From positions 1-56,023 of the forward strand of contig JANWIW010000013.1 of assembly GCA_025449695.1 (NCBI GenBank): a DNA stretch of 56,023 nucleotides. The letters run 5' to 3'. This stretch comes from Minisyncoccota bacterium (GTDB lineage: Bacteria; Patescibacteriota; Minisyncoccia; UBA6257; 2-01-FULL-56-20). Shown one piece after another: positions 8,292-17,965 of the stretch; position 1 is the stretch's first letter, and each line of letters begins with the position of its first letter. The translations under genes were made by a program, and so were the position numbers. A model generated the notes under the pieces. The model was not told the DNA's origin, did no database searches, and saw nothing but the letters and a program-made list of their open reading frames with translations.

Positions 8292-9029
8292 TCAGATACG
8301 TGTGACATTCACGAGGAAGCCTTTGTGGTCGGAAAGGCCGCTCACGATCTGTACGTCTTCGACGAGGTATTGAGGACTCGTGAAAATCCCGTCTACCACG
8401 ATAGGCAACGCGCCGTCGTAATGGAACCTGCCGTCGATCGTGCTCTTCACGTGAGCCGGCACGTTATCTCGAAGACGGGCGGCGAGCCCGTCGAAGATCT
8501 CCGCGCCGCGTGCAGTGTTCAGATCTACGCCGAGCACGACCTCCGGAAAGAGATCGAGCACGCGCGACATCCGCTCCGCGCTCGCGAGTTGCACCTCAGT
8601 CGGATAGATCGCTCGGGGAGCCCAGGTGAAGTGAGTGGTCGCCAGCATGAAGGGAACTCCCTCGACATCGGCGGTCGCAGCAAAGACAAGCTCTCGCTGC
8701 GCAGGACGGATATCCGATCGGATCGAACGATCGGGAAAGCTGCCGTTTCCTACCCGATAAACGAATTCCCGCACTTCGGAAAGATCGCATCTCGAAAGGA
8801 TGCCGAGTCCCCATTGTCCCGTCGTCCGCCCATCGTCGTAGGTGGACATCGGCGCAAATTCAACCCGGTATCCCAGACGCTCGAACGCGGGGATGTCTCC
8901 GGTTCGGAGTTCCTGGCAAAGGACCACGCCCGGCCGTTCCTCACGGAGGAATTGCAGGACCTGCGCCAGCGTCTGTCCGCACCAAAAGTTCAGACAGAAG
9001 ACCAGAAGCTTGGCGTGAGGTGTACGCAT
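8292..9029 (-). CDS. Endonuclease/exonuclease/phosphatase (EEP) family protein
   Basis: 245 aa. The layout (LCQEL..., THFTW, GVDLN, final SDHKGF) is typical of the EEP fold. GAGGAGGGGG Shine-Dalgarno lies before the ATG. Confidence 0.8.
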   Translation of the reverse strand: MRTPHAKLLVFCLNFWCGQTLAQVLQFLREERPGVVLCQELRTGDIPAFERLGYRVEFAPMSTYDDGRTTGQWGLGILSRCDLSEVREFVYRVGNGSFPDRSIRSDIRPAQRELVFAATADVEGVPFMLATTHFTWAPRAIYPTEVQLASAERMSRVLDLFPEVVLGVDLNTARGAEIFDGLAARLRDNVPAHVKSTIDGRFHYDGALPIVVDGIFTSPQYLVEDVQIVSGLSDHKGFLVNVTRI

Positions 9030-9114
9030 TTCCCCCTCCTCAAATCAATTTCAACCGGATCCACCATACAACATTAACGTCATAGGGGTAAACATCACTT
9101 TCCTTCAGGTTACC

Positions 9115-10551
9115 CTAGTTGAGATCGAAATCCTGGGCGTTATTGCCCGTATCCATTGGCCCGGAGACCCACTGCCGGCGGCCAAGAACCTGCCCCGGCT
9201 CAGGATTTCCGGGGTATGGCTCCCCTTCGACGAATGGGGCGGTGTGGCCGCTGCCCCAAGCCAGGGCGTCCACCAGGGAATCATCGGGGCCAAAAAGGGC
9301 CACCGACCCGTCGGCGGAGAGGGTCTGGGTGGAAGTGACGTCTGCGCCGGTGGGATATTTGGCGTTCGCCCAGACGAAGGAGCTTCCACCGGCGATCTCT
9401 CCCGCGAGCACCCTGACCGATGACTCGGCGCCGCTCTTCGTGCGCTTGCGGAGTTTCCAGCCATTCACATCCACGGCGTCCGCGCCGGGATTGTAGAGCG
9501 TGATGCGATCGTCGTCGCTCGCCACGCCGGATATCTGCACGACGGAGATGATGATACCGTGGGCCGCCGCAGCCGGAAATAAATCTTCTTCCTCGGGTGC
9601 GGGCGGCGGCGGCATTGCGACGGTACTGCTCGCGAAGATCTCTTCCCATGACGGGATGTAGTTCTGCGAGCGCGGCGTGCCGCCGGCCGCATCGCTTGTC
9701 TGCCATCCTTCCGCAGCCACCCTGCGTTCCATCGTCCGCTTCGTTCTCGCGCTCCCTTCCGGCCAGCTGGACGACGCGTTGACCTCATCCATGAGATGGC
9801 AAGTCGCGTCGAGAAGCTTCAACCACGCGCCCGAGTTCGAAAGCGCGCCGTCGTAGATCTGATCCGCCGGCACCTCGGCGACCGTGCCGTCGGAATCACG
9901 CTCGAGAAGATAGAAGTCACCCGCGCGCAAGACCTTCGGCCGGATGCCGATGTCGATTTTTTTATCCCGCGACAAGATGCGCCACTCTCCGATCTCCACA
10001 TCGCGGCCCGCGATGTTCTTCAGTTCGATCCACTCCGCATCGGCATCGTCCTCCGAGCCCATCCAGGAGATCTCGTTCAATAACACGTCGCCGCGCGGAA
10101 GGCCGATCGTCTTCCAGGCGCACCGGACCGATGCCGCAGGAACGGGCGCGACCGGACTGGCAACGATGGATGCCGAGGCGGATGCTCCGCCGCCGGCAAC
10201 CTGGACGGGCAGAGATTTTGCCTTTGGCGCAGGCTTCCCTGCTTTCGCGGGCTTTGGAGCGTTCCCCTCTATATATAGAGGGAACGTAGAGGTGGCCGCC
10301 ACGGCCTTGTCTCCCGGAACGACGGCTGGCCGTTCCCGAAGCGGCACTTCCGACAGTGGCGCCTCTCCGGAGGTGCCGGCGATGTCCGGCAACGCTCCGA
10401 GCACGACGCTGATCGCGGATGATGCTCCGGGCAGATATTGCCGGGCAGCCCAGAGGACGACCGCGACCAGACAGATGCCTACCGCGCCGATCGCGAATCT
10501 CTTTTTTGGACCGAACCTCCTCATGAACGAAGCATACGGCACCCGGTTCAA
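9115..10551 (-). CDS. Secreted protein with two lamin-tail (LTD) domains
   Basis: 478 aa with an N-terminal TM/signal segment. LLNEISWMGSEDDADAEWIELKN and a second LTD-like half (ITLYNPGADAVDVNGWKL) are present. The start is uncertain: TTG at 10551 or ATG at 10524. Confidence 0.8.
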   Translation of the reverse strand: MNRVPYASFMRRFGPKKRFAIGAVGICLVAVVLWAARQYLPGASSAISVVLGALPDIAGTSGEAPLSEVPLRERPAVVPGDKAVAATSTFPLYIEGNAPKPAKAGKPAPKAKSLPVQVAGGGASASASIVASPVAPVPAASVRCAWKTIGLPRGDVLLNEISWMGSEDDADAEWIELKNIAGRDVEIGEWRILSRDKKIDIGIRPKVLRAGDFYLLERDSDGTVAEVPADQIYDGALSNSGAWLKLLDATCHLMDEVNASSSWPEGSARTKRTMERRVAAEGWQTSDAAGGTPRSQNYIPSWEEIFASSTVAMPPPPAPEEEDLFPAAAAHGIIISVVQISGVASDDDRITLYNPGADAVDVNGWKLRKRTKSGAESSVRVLAGEIAGGSSFVWANAKYPTGADVTSTQTLSADGSVALFGPDDSLVDALAWGSGHTAPFVEGEPYPGNPEPGQVLGRRQWVSGPMDTGNNAQDFDLN

Positions 10552-10730
10552 CGAAAATTAAAACCGCAGTTTCTATTTACAACATTAACTTGATAATCTG
10601 TCGAATATATTTCCTTATCTAGAGGCCAATTTTCATCAATTTTTGACCTTTTAGGCAAGAGTTGCTTGGTTTCTGAAACAACTCGCCAAAAAGAGCAAAA
10701 GATTTCATGTTTTTGTGGATAAGTAGGGCT

Positions 10731-10757
10731 TTGACTTCCCTCACCGGGATGTACAAT
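10731..10757 (+). promoter_or_regulatory. Candidate nrdAB promoter
   Basis: TTGACT (10731-10736) and TACAAT (10752-10757), with a short 15-nt spacer. The -10 sits inside an imperfect palindrome, CCGGGATGTACAATTGAATTCCGGG. Confidence 0.4.
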
Positions 10758-10840
10758 TGAATTCCGGGTCAATAAAACTCAATACCACGATGTCCTACAT
10801 TTTAACCTCTCTCAAATTCACCCAAAGGCCGGACATGAAG

Positions 10841-10915
10841 TTTATAGTTTTCAGTTTTTAGTTTGTAGAAAGACTAATTACCTCTGCTAAAAACTAAAAA
10901 CTGACAACTAAAAAC
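10841..10915 (+). repeat. Low-complexity hairpin abutting the nrdA start codon
   Basis: ttttcagtttttagttt pairs with aaactaaaaactgacaa. The right arm ends 1 nt before the ATG at 10917. Confidence 0.7.
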
Positions 10916-10916
10916 C

Positions 10917-13871
10917 ATGCCAATCACTCAGATCAAAAAAAGGAACGGTCTCGTCGCGCCTTTCGATCGCGTGAAGATCGAGAACGCGATAGGCAAGGCC
11001 TTCATGGCCACAGGGACTACGATCGAAAACGGGATCCTGCGCGGCATCACGGATGAAGTCATCGGAGAGCTCGAGGCCCAGTTCCCCGAGGCCATCGCGG
11101 GCATCGAAAACATCCAGGACATCGTGGAGCGGAAGCTTGCCGAGGACGGCTACTTCGAGGTAGCCAAAGCCTATATCATCTACCGGCGCAAGCGGGCCGA
11201 AGAGCGCGAGGAGGAACGCCTGCGCATGCTGGAGCGCATCGAACGGAGCGCCCTCAAGGTCAAGAAGCGCGACGGCAGCGTGGTGCGCTTCGCGATCGGC
11301 GAGATCCGCAAGGCCGTGGAGAACGTCGCCCGGCAGTTCCCCGATACCGAGTTCGACGTCGAAGGGATCCTCGCGGACTGCAAGGTGGGCATCTACGACG
11401 GCATCCCCACTCGCGAGGTGAACCAGGTGGTCTTGATGGCGATGAAGGCACGCATCGAGCGCGACCCCGCCTACTCGCAAGCTGCCGCCCGCTTCCTCAT
11501 CAACGATCTTTATAAGGACGTCCTCGGCGTGGACGAATCGCACGCGGATTTTGAAAAACTCTATCGGGAGAAGTTCGTCTCCGGCGTGCACTACGGCGTG
11601 AAGGACGATCGCCTCGACGCGCGCGTCGAGGCCGTGAACCTCGAGAAGCTCGCCGGCGCCCTCGTGCCCGAGCGCGATCATCTCCTCGAGTACATGGGAG
11701 CGCAGACGCTGAACGACCGCTACTTCCTGCGCGACCACAAGCAGAAGCACTTCGAGGTGCCCCAGCACTTCTGGATGCGCGTCGCGCTCGGCATGTCCCT
11801 CTCCGAGGACAACATCGAGGAATGCGCGATCAGGTTCTATAACACGATCTCCAACCTCTATTACGTGCCCTCGACCCCGACTCTCCTCCACTCCGGCACC
11901 ATCAAGCCGCAGATGAGTTCCTGCTACCTCTCCACCGTGGAGGACGACCTGCACCACATCTTCAAGTGCATCGGCGACAACGCCCAGCTCTCCAAGTGGT
12001 CCGGCGGCATCGGCCAGGACTGGACCAACATCCGGGCCACGAACGCCCTCGTGAAGTCCATCAATGTGGTCTCCCAGGGGCTCATCCCCTACCTGAAGAT
12101 CGTGGATTCCACTACCGCGGCCATCAACCGTTCCGGCAAGCGCCGCGGGGCCACTGCGGTCTATTTGGAAACCTGGCACCTGGACATCGAGGAATTCCTG
12201 GAATTGCGCAAGAATACGGGCGATGACCGGCGCCGTACCCATGACACGAACACGGTGCACTGGATCCCTGACCTGTTCATGAAGCGGGTCATGGAGGACG
12301 GCGAGTGGACCCTCTTCTCTCCGGAAGAAGTGCCTGAACTGCACCACATTTACGGCAAGAAGTTCGAGGAGAAGTACATCGAGTACGAGAAGAAGGCCGA
12401 CCAGGGCGATATCGCGCTCTTCAAGCGGGTCAAGGCGCAGGACATCTGGCGCAAGATGATCACCATGCTCTTCGAGACCGGCCATCCTTGGATGACCTGG
12501 AAGGATCCCTCGAACATCCGCTCCCCCCAGGATCACGTGGGCGTGATCCACAACTCCAATCTCTGCACCGAGATTACCCTGAACACTTCCGCCGAGGAAA
12601 CGGCGGTGTGCAACCTCGGCTCGGTGAACTTCGTCCGCCATTTCGAGAACGGCGCCATCAACTGGGAGCGCATGGCGGAAACCGTGGAGGTGGCGGTGCG
12701 CATGCTCGATAACGTCATCACCCTCTGCTTCTACCCGACCAAGGAAGCCGAGACCTCCAACTTCCGCCATCGCCCCGTCGGTCTCGGCGTGATGGGCTAC
12801 CAGGACCTCCTCTATAAATTGGGACTGCGCTTCGACTCCGACGAAGCGGTGCAGCTCTCGGACGAGCTCCAGGAATTCATCTCCTTCCACGCCATCCTCG
12901 GCTCCTCCAAGCTCGCCCTTGAGCGCGGCACCTACTCGAGCTACAAGGGCTCCAAGTGGGACCGTAATCTCTTCCCTCTCGACACCATAGACCTCCTCGA
13001 GGCGGAGCGCGGCATCTCCACCGGCATCAACCGCAGCTCACGCCTCGACTGGGCGCCGGTCAGGGAGCACGTCAAGAAGCATGGCATGCGCAACTCGAAC
13101 GTGATGGCCATCGCCCCGACCGCGACCATCGCCAACATCTCCGGTTGCCTGCCTTCCATCGAGCCCATCTACAAGAATCTCTACGTAAAGTCCAACTTCT
13201 CCGGCGAGTTCACGGTCATCAACCGCTATTTGGTGGAGGACCTGAAGAAGCTGAAGCTCTGGAACCAGACCATCATTGACAAGCTGAAGTACTATGAAGG
13301 CTCGGTCCAGCGCATCTATGAGATCCCGGCGGAGGTTCGCGCCAAGTACCAGGAGGTGTTCGAGCTCGACACGCACTGGATCGTGAAGCACGCCGCCCAC
13401 CGCGGCAAATGGATAGACCAGTCCCAGTCCATCAACATCTTCACCTCCACCGAATCGGGCAAGTACATCGCCTCGGTCTACATGGACGCCTGGCAGTCCG
13501 GCTTGAAGACCACCTACTACCTGCGAAGCCTCGCAGCCACCGCCATCGAGAAATCCACCCTGGATATCAATAAGAACTACACGAGCCCCAGCCTGGACCA
13601 GAACGCGGACGTCCCCACCGCCCAGGTCACGGTGACCGTCGCTATGGGCGCCCCTGCCGAAGGCCCCCTGTCGGCCATGGCCATGGCGAGCGCTATTCCC
13701 GCCGCTTCACCGGTCATGGCTGAACTCGCCTCCGCGCACGTGCTTAGGGAGAACCTGGAGGCGGCCGTGCACGCCACCGTGGAGCGCGAGAGTGCTGCCG
13801 ACCAGCCGGTTCTTTCCGCGTCAAAGGTCATCCATATCGCCGAGGACGGCCTCTGTGAGAGCTGCCAATAA
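10917..13871 (+). CDS. nrdA: Ribonucleoside-diphosphate reductase alpha subunit (class I) with an N-terminal ATP-cone
   Basis: 984 aa. It has an ATP-cone (VIKRNG-like ITQIKKRNGLVAPFD), the NLCTEI active-site motif and a C-terminal CESCQ. It is followed by the beta subunit. Confidence 0.95.
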   Translation: MPITQIKKRNGLVAPFDRVKIENAIGKAFMATGTTIENGILRGITDEVIGELEAQFPEAIAGIENIQDIVERKLAEDGYFEVAKAYIIYRRKRAEEREEERLRMLERIERSALKVKKRDGSVVRFAIGEIRKAVENVARQFPDTEFDVEGILADCKVGIYDGIPTREVNQVVLMAMKARIERDPAYSQAAARFLINDLYKDVLGVDESHADFEKLYREKFVSGVHYGVKDDRLDARVEAVNLEKLAGALVPERDHLLEYMGAQTLNDRYFLRDHKQKHFEVPQHFWMRVALGMSLSEDNIEECAIRFYNTISNLYYVPSTPTLLHSGTIKPQMSSCYLSTVEDDLHHIFKCIGDNAQLSKWSGGIGQDWTNIRATNALVKSINVVSQGLIPYLKIVDSTTAAINRSGKRRGATAVYLETWHLDIEEFLELRKNTGDDRRRTHDTNTVHWIPDLFMKRVMEDGEWTLFSPEEVPELHHIYGKKFEEKYIEYEKKADQGDIALFKRVKAQDIWRKMITMLFETGHPWMTWKDPSNIRSPQDHVGVIHNSNLCTEITLNTSAEETAVCNLGSVNFVRHFENGAINWERMAETVEVAVRMLDNVITLCFYPTKEAETSNFRHRPVGLGVMGYQDLLYKLGLRFDSDEAVQLSDELQEFISFHAILGSSKLALERGTYSSYKGSKWDRNLFPLDTIDLLEAERGISTGINRSSRLDWAPVREHVKKHGMRNSNVMAIAPTATIANISGCLPSIEPIYKNLYVKSNFSGEFTVINRYLVEDLKKLKLWNQTIIDKLKYYEGSVQRIYEIPAEVRAKYQEVFELDTHWIVKHAAHRGKWIDQSQSINIFTSTESGKYIASVYMDAWQSGLKTTYYLRSLAATAIEKSTLDINKNYTSPSLDQNADVPTAQVTVTVAMGAPAEGPLSAMAMASAIPAASPVMAELASAHVLRENLEAAVHATVERESAADQPVLSASKVIHIAEDGLCESCQ

Positions 13872-13968
13872 CGAGAATCGGGTATCGAGAATCGAGAATC
13901 AAGTAGACAAACAAGACAGGATCACTATAATGCACCTACTCGATTCTCGATTCTAAATTCTCAATTCT
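13872..13968 (+). repeat. Low-complexity inverted repeat between nrdA and nrdB
   Basis: cgagaatcgggtatcgagaatcgagaatcaagtag pairs with ctactcgattctcgattctaaattctcaattct. Confidence 0.7.
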
Positions 13969-13977
13969 TCCCCAATT

Positions 13978-15033
13978 ATGCCTAACGAAGCAGCTTCCTC
14001 CTTCAAGATATACGACGATTCCGCCGCGAACTCCGACAAGCGGATCCTGAATTCGGGCACCACCGACCCGAATAAGATCCTGCCCATGAAATACAAATGG
14101 GCCCGCCAGCATTACAAGAACGGCGTCGCCAACAACTGGACGCCGGAAGAGGTCAATATGCAGAAGGACTTCGAGACCTGGAAGAGCCCGAATGGCCTGA
14201 GCGAAGACGAACGCCGCCTCATCATGTGGAACATGGGCTTCTTCTCCACCGCCGAGTCCCTGACCGCGAACAACATCATCCTCATCATCTACAAGTATGT
14301 GGCGAATCCGGAGTGCCGCCAGTACCTGCTGCGCCAGGCCTACGAGGAGGCGGTGCACACCGATACCTTCGTCTACTGCTGCGATACCCTGGGGCTGAAC
14401 CCGGACGAGGTTTACTCCATGTACGCCACCATCCCCTCCATCCGCGCCAAGGATGAATTCGTGGTCGGGGTCACCCAGTCCATCCTTGATCCCAACTTCA
14501 CAACCGAAGGCAAGGAGAACGTGCAGAAGTTCGTGCACGATCTGATCAGCTACTACATCATCATGGAAGGCATCTTCTTCTACGCCGGCTTCGTGATGAT
14601 GCTTTCCTTCCTGCGCCAGAACCGCATGGTCGGCGTGGGCGAGCTCTTCCAGTACATCCTGCGCGACGAGACCATCCACCTGGCCTTCGGCGCCGACCTC
14701 ACGAACCAGATCGTCGAGGAGAACCCGGAGATCTGGACCCCTGAGCTGAAGCAGCAGATCACCGAAGAGATCAAGCAAGCGGTGGAGCTCGAGATCGCCT
14801 ACGCCAAGGACTGCCTCCCCCGCGGCATCATGGGACTGAACGTGGAGGGCATCGCCGAATATGTGCGCTATATCGCCGACCGCCGCCTGGAGCGCATCCA
14901 TCTGGAGAAGGTCTACAACGCCCAGAACCCTTTCCCCTGGATGAGCGAGATGACCGACCTCAGGAAGGAGAAAAACTTCTTCGAGACGCGCGTCACCGAG
15001 TACAAGAGCGGCGGCAACCTGAAGTGGGACTAG
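13978..15033 (+). CDS. nrdB: Ribonucleoside-diphosphate reductase beta subunit
   Basis: 351 aa. It has a ferritin-like fold with the diiron motifs EAVHTD and RDETIHL. Confidence 0.95.
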   Translation: MPNEAASSFKIYDDSAANSDKRILNSGTTDPNKILPMKYKWARQHYKNGVANNWTPEEVNMQKDFETWKSPNGLSEDERRLIMWNMGFFSTAESLTANNIILIIYKYVANPECRQYLLRQAYEEAVHTDTFVYCCDTLGLNPDEVYSMYATIPSIRAKDEFVVGVTQSILDPNFTTEGKENVQKFVHDLISYYIIMEGIFFYAGFVMMLSFLRQNRMVGVGELFQYILRDETIHLAFGADLTNQIVEENPEIWTPELKQQITEEIKQAVELEIAYAKDCLPRGIMGLNVEGIAEYVRYIADRRLERIHLEKVYNAQNPFPWMSEMTDLRKEKNFFETRVTEYKSGGNLKWD

Positions 15034-15034
15034 T

Positions 15035-15072
15035 GCCAATCAAAAACCCCCGCCCGGGGGTTTTTGATTGGC
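15035..15072. terminator. Bidirectional intrinsic terminator
   Basis: ccaatcaaaaaccccc-gccc-gggggtttttgattgg, located between convergent genes. Confidence 0.75.
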
Positions 15073-15160
15073 CTTTCCGCCAAGACCGTTCCATCGAGTA
15101 GCGCTTCGTGAGGCCTATCAAACCCCACGTGGAACCCCATATCCATTGGGAAAACCCCGG

Positions 15161-16675
15161 TCACGGCAAATAGCCCCGCGAACCTATGCGGCCTGCCCCG
15201 AAGTGGCTAATCATGAAGGTAAGGTCGCGGAGATCCACTACCCCGTCCTCGTTCAAGTCGTACCACGCGGACATCTTTTCGCCGTAGTGCGCGAGAAGGA
15301 TACTGACGTCTTTCAGGGTCAGGGTGCCGTCATTGTTCAAGTCGGCGCGGGCAGCGGCGGGCGAGAGCACTTCAAAGCCGAACGGCCCATAGGCGATCTC
15401 AAGCGGCGTGCCTGCGCCGTCGTTCCGGAGCAGCAGGCCTTGGTCAACGGTGATTTGCCCATCCCCCGGTACGGGCGCGGCGAGTCCGACATCGAACAGT
15501 TTTATCCTGCCGGTCACGCCTCCGGGTATGGCCCCGCTGAACTCGATGGTGGTAGAGCCGGTGAGGCGAGGCGGCACGATCCAGAAAACCGGCGCGCCGC
15601 TCGTGGCGATGGTGATCGTATCGAACATGGCCGGCAGGCGGACCATGGCGCCTACCGCATTCCAGGCCAGGTCGGAGCCCGCAGACACGCTCACGGTGAA
15701 AACCTGGCCCGCGATGATGTCCCGGCGCTCGGACATGTCTACGGTGATGTCCCCCTGACCGATCCGGGCGAACAGGAAGGACGCCGAGGCAGCCATGGCC
15801 ACGATGACCCCAATGAGGAGGATCGCCGCGGAATCGACGGTCAAAAGCAACTTGATCTTTTCGCCGCGCGGCGGGGGTGTTTCCTTGTGATGGCGATGCG
15901 CGAGGATCGTCCCGAGGAGCAGGAGCAGACCGGACACGACCAGTCCCGCATACACCTCGGGAAATGACGTGAGCGCGTTGTACCAGACCGTGGCACGGCT
16001 CACCACATACCACTCCCGGAAGCGCGCCAGGAGGAATACGATCCAACCGGCGATAAACAGCACAAGGCCGGTCCGCGACGTCCAATTGGCGACCGCCTTC
16101 CGGCCAGATATGAGCAAAGTGAAGCTGGCCGCCACGTTCATACCTACCACGAGATAGGTCACGACCTTCAATACCCAAAACGCCATCGCGAGCGATCCAA
16201 AGAACGTCACCGATCCCAGGCCTAGGACGAGCCCGCCGAGAGCGATGACGGCCGGCATTACGTTGACGAACCATACGTTCTCGGTGAAAAGGAGCACGAA
16301 CCCCCGGTTAAGCAATAAAAGGCCGACAATATAACAGACGAACACGAAAGAGTACATGCCGATCAAATGGTGCGGGAGGAGAGGCGCGCCGGCGGCGACC
16401 AGGATGACCGGGATCTTGTCTAAAATAAGCAACGCGTATCCCGTAGCCCAATGCCGGAAGATCCAGCGGTGCAAGCTGCGCTTGTCTTGGAAAGAGAATG
16501 TGGCGGTCAGAGCGCTCAGGATGGCCAGGATAACCGCGGAGAGGGTCGCGTAAAAGAAGGGTTGGGATATCAGCCCATGCATGACTTCATTATAGATGAT
16601 TGGCGGCCGGTCCAGGGTTGAATAACCGTCGTGATGCGATATACTGTGAGCGTTCGCGGCGGGGTTTAGATCCAC
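15161..16675 (-). CDS. Polytopic membrane protein with an extracellular domain and C-terminal dockerin-like repeats
   Basis: 504 aa. It has about 9-10 hydrophobic helices. The C-terminus carries DLNNDGTLTLKDV and DLNEDGVVDLRDL, a calcium-binding dockerin-type pair. Confidence 0.75.
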   Translation of the reverse strand: MDLNPAANAHSISHHDGYSTLDRPPIIYNEVMHGLISQPFFYATLSAVILAILSALTATFSFQDKRSLHRWIFRHWATGYALLILDKIPVILVAAGAPLLPHHLIGMYSFVFVCYIVGLLLLNRGFVLLFTENVWFVNVMPAVIALGGLVLGLGSVTFFGSLAMAFWVLKVVTYLVVGMNVAASFTLLISGRKAVANWTSRTGLVLFIAGWIVFLLARFREWYVVSRATVWYNALTSFPEVYAGLVVSGLLLLLGTILAHRHHKETPPPRGEKIKLLLTVDSAAILLIGVIVAMAASASFLFARIGQGDITVDMSERRDIIAGQVFTVSVSAGSDLAWNAVGAMVRLPAMFDTITIATSGAPVFWIVPPRLTGSTTIEFSGAIPGGVTGRIKLFDVGLAAPVPGDGQITVDQGLLLRNDGAGTPLEIAYGPFGFEVLSPAAARADLNNDGTLTLKDVSILLAHYGEKMSAWYDLNEDGVVDLRDLTFMISHFGAGRIGSRGYLP

Positions 16676-16679
16676 CGAT

Positions 16680-16751
16680 TCCGGCGTAGCTCAATGGTAG
16701 AGCGGCTCCCTGTTAAGGAGATGGTTCCAGGTTCGAGTCCTGGCGCCGGAG
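16680..16751 (+). tRNA. tRNA-Asn(GTT), CCA not encoded
   Basis: TCCGGCG TA GCTC AATGGTA GAGC G GCTCC CTGTTAA GGAGA TGGTT CCAGG TTCGAGT CCTGG CGCCGGA G. Confidence 0.9.
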
Positions 16752-16752
16752 C

Positions 16753-17301
16753 ATGAAACAAGAGGAAGATGAAAAAAGAGAAGAAAATCGTGAACTTGCC
16801 AACCTTATAGACAAAGTTGTCTTGGGGTTCAATAGTGTTGTAGCTAAAGAAAATGATCTATCGACCATTTTACTGAAAGGACATTTGTTCCTTGAAAATT
16901 TCCTTGAAGAACTTATTGCGACATTAGATATTAATATAGGCATGGCCGTGCATAAACTGACTTTCGCCGAGAAAATTGAAAAGCTAAGAAGTTACGTGGA
17001 AAAGACCACAGCTTACTTATGCGTTGATATAAGGAACCTTCTTCCTCTGTTGTCGGCCATTAACCAGATAAGGAACGATTTGGCCCATGATTATAACTTC
17101 TCCTTATCGGAAGCGAATATTGACAAGATCGGAGTCAATCTAGGAAGTAAATATATCTTAAATAAATATACCGAAGGTCGTGATCGTACAAAGGAAAACT
17201 TGCTGTTCTGTCTAAGAACCACAATTAGCGATGTGGGAAGGATTATGTATTGCAAAATTTGTGATCTAAAGCGGGAAAAAGAAATCAAGGAGGCAAAGTA
17301 G
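16753..17301 (+). CDS. Small Rx4H (HEPN-like) protein, first gene of the AT-rich islet
   Basis: 182 aa, all-helical-looking. It carries the motif AINQIRNDLAHDYNF (R-x4-H). The ATG lies 1 nt after the tRNA-Asn discriminator, so the start and expression signals are uncertain. Confidence 0.55.
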   Translation: MKQEEDEKREENRELANLIDKVVLGFNSVVAKENDLSTILLKGHLFLENFLEELIATLDINIGMAVHKLTFAEKIEKLRSYVEKTTAYLCVDIRNLLPLLSAINQIRNDLAHDYNFSLSEANIDKIGVNLGSKYILNKYTEGRDRTKENLLFCLRTTISDVGRIMYCKICDLKREKEIKEAK

Positions 17302-17499
17302 ATTTAGACAATTGGTTTGCTTGGTGAGATGCTAAAAATCTCTGCTCGTGGCGATCAAACCAAAACTTAAAACGGTCGCCTTTAAGCAATGGCAGGCGTA
17401 ACCACACTGCTGACCGTAAAGCAGGTTGGCAATGCTGATTTCATAATAAATATGGAAATTTTGATACAATAGACAGTAAATAACCAGCTAATTTACAGC

Positions 17500-17871
17500 A
17501 TGACAAAAGAAACATATGTTGACGGGTTCGTCATTTCCATCCCGAAGAAGAACACTGGCAAATACAAAAAGATGGCGAAAGAGGCAATGCAGGTATGGAA
17601 GCAATTTGGCGCGCTTGATTACAAAGAGTGCAAAATAGCTGATGTGCGGCCGGATAAGATCGTCACCTTCACCTTTCCCAAAATGGCGAAGACCAAGCCG
17701 AACGAAGCTGTATGGTTTTCGTTCATTACCTACAAGTCACGGAAACATCGCGATGAGGTGAACAAGAAAGTAATGGCGTACTTCGAGAAGAAGTATGGCA
17801 AGCACGAAATGCAGATGCCTTTCGACATGAAGCGATTCGCCTACGGCGGCTTCAAGGTGGAAGTGGGATAA
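17500..17871 (+). CDS. DUF1428 family protein
   Basis: 123 aa. YVDGFVISIPKKN...FGALDYKEC...VWFSFITYKSRKHRDEVN is typical of DUF1428 (recalled from memory). Confidence 0.75.
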   Translation: MTKETYVDGFVISIPKKNTGKYKKMAKEAMQVWKQFGALDYKECKIADVRPDKIVTFTFPKMAKTKPNEAVWFSFITYKSRKHRDEVNKKVMAYFEKKYGKHEMQMPFDMKRFAYGGFKVEVG

Positions 17872-17965
17872 ATACTCTATTGGCCGTGAAAAAGATTCGA
17901 AGTTCAGAAGCCAAGGGGGCAAACTCCTCTTGGTTAGCCCGAACGATTGCGGTATCATTCTGTCT

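Noticed and set aside
10560-10916. NrdR boxes or a cobalamin riboswitch upstream of nrdA, and the 74-aa ORF 10548..10772.
   Set aside because: I saw no ACACnAnATATnTnGTGT-type boxes and no B12-box. The ORF lies in AT-rich promoter DNA with no signals.
10908-12890. Long antisense ORFs in the six-frame track. Examples: 10908..12890, 13936..15039, 27233..28207, 27892..29088, 29477..30331, 30670..31926, 34956..36584, 38504..39511, 39984..41000, 43456..44322, 44413..45516, 46807..47631, 48308..49114, 50970..51926, 54012..55106.
   Set aside because: Each lies opposite a gene with clear family motifs. Their products are low-complexity and Arg/Gly/His/Asp/Glu-rich, as expected for stop-poor antisense frames in GC-rich DNA.
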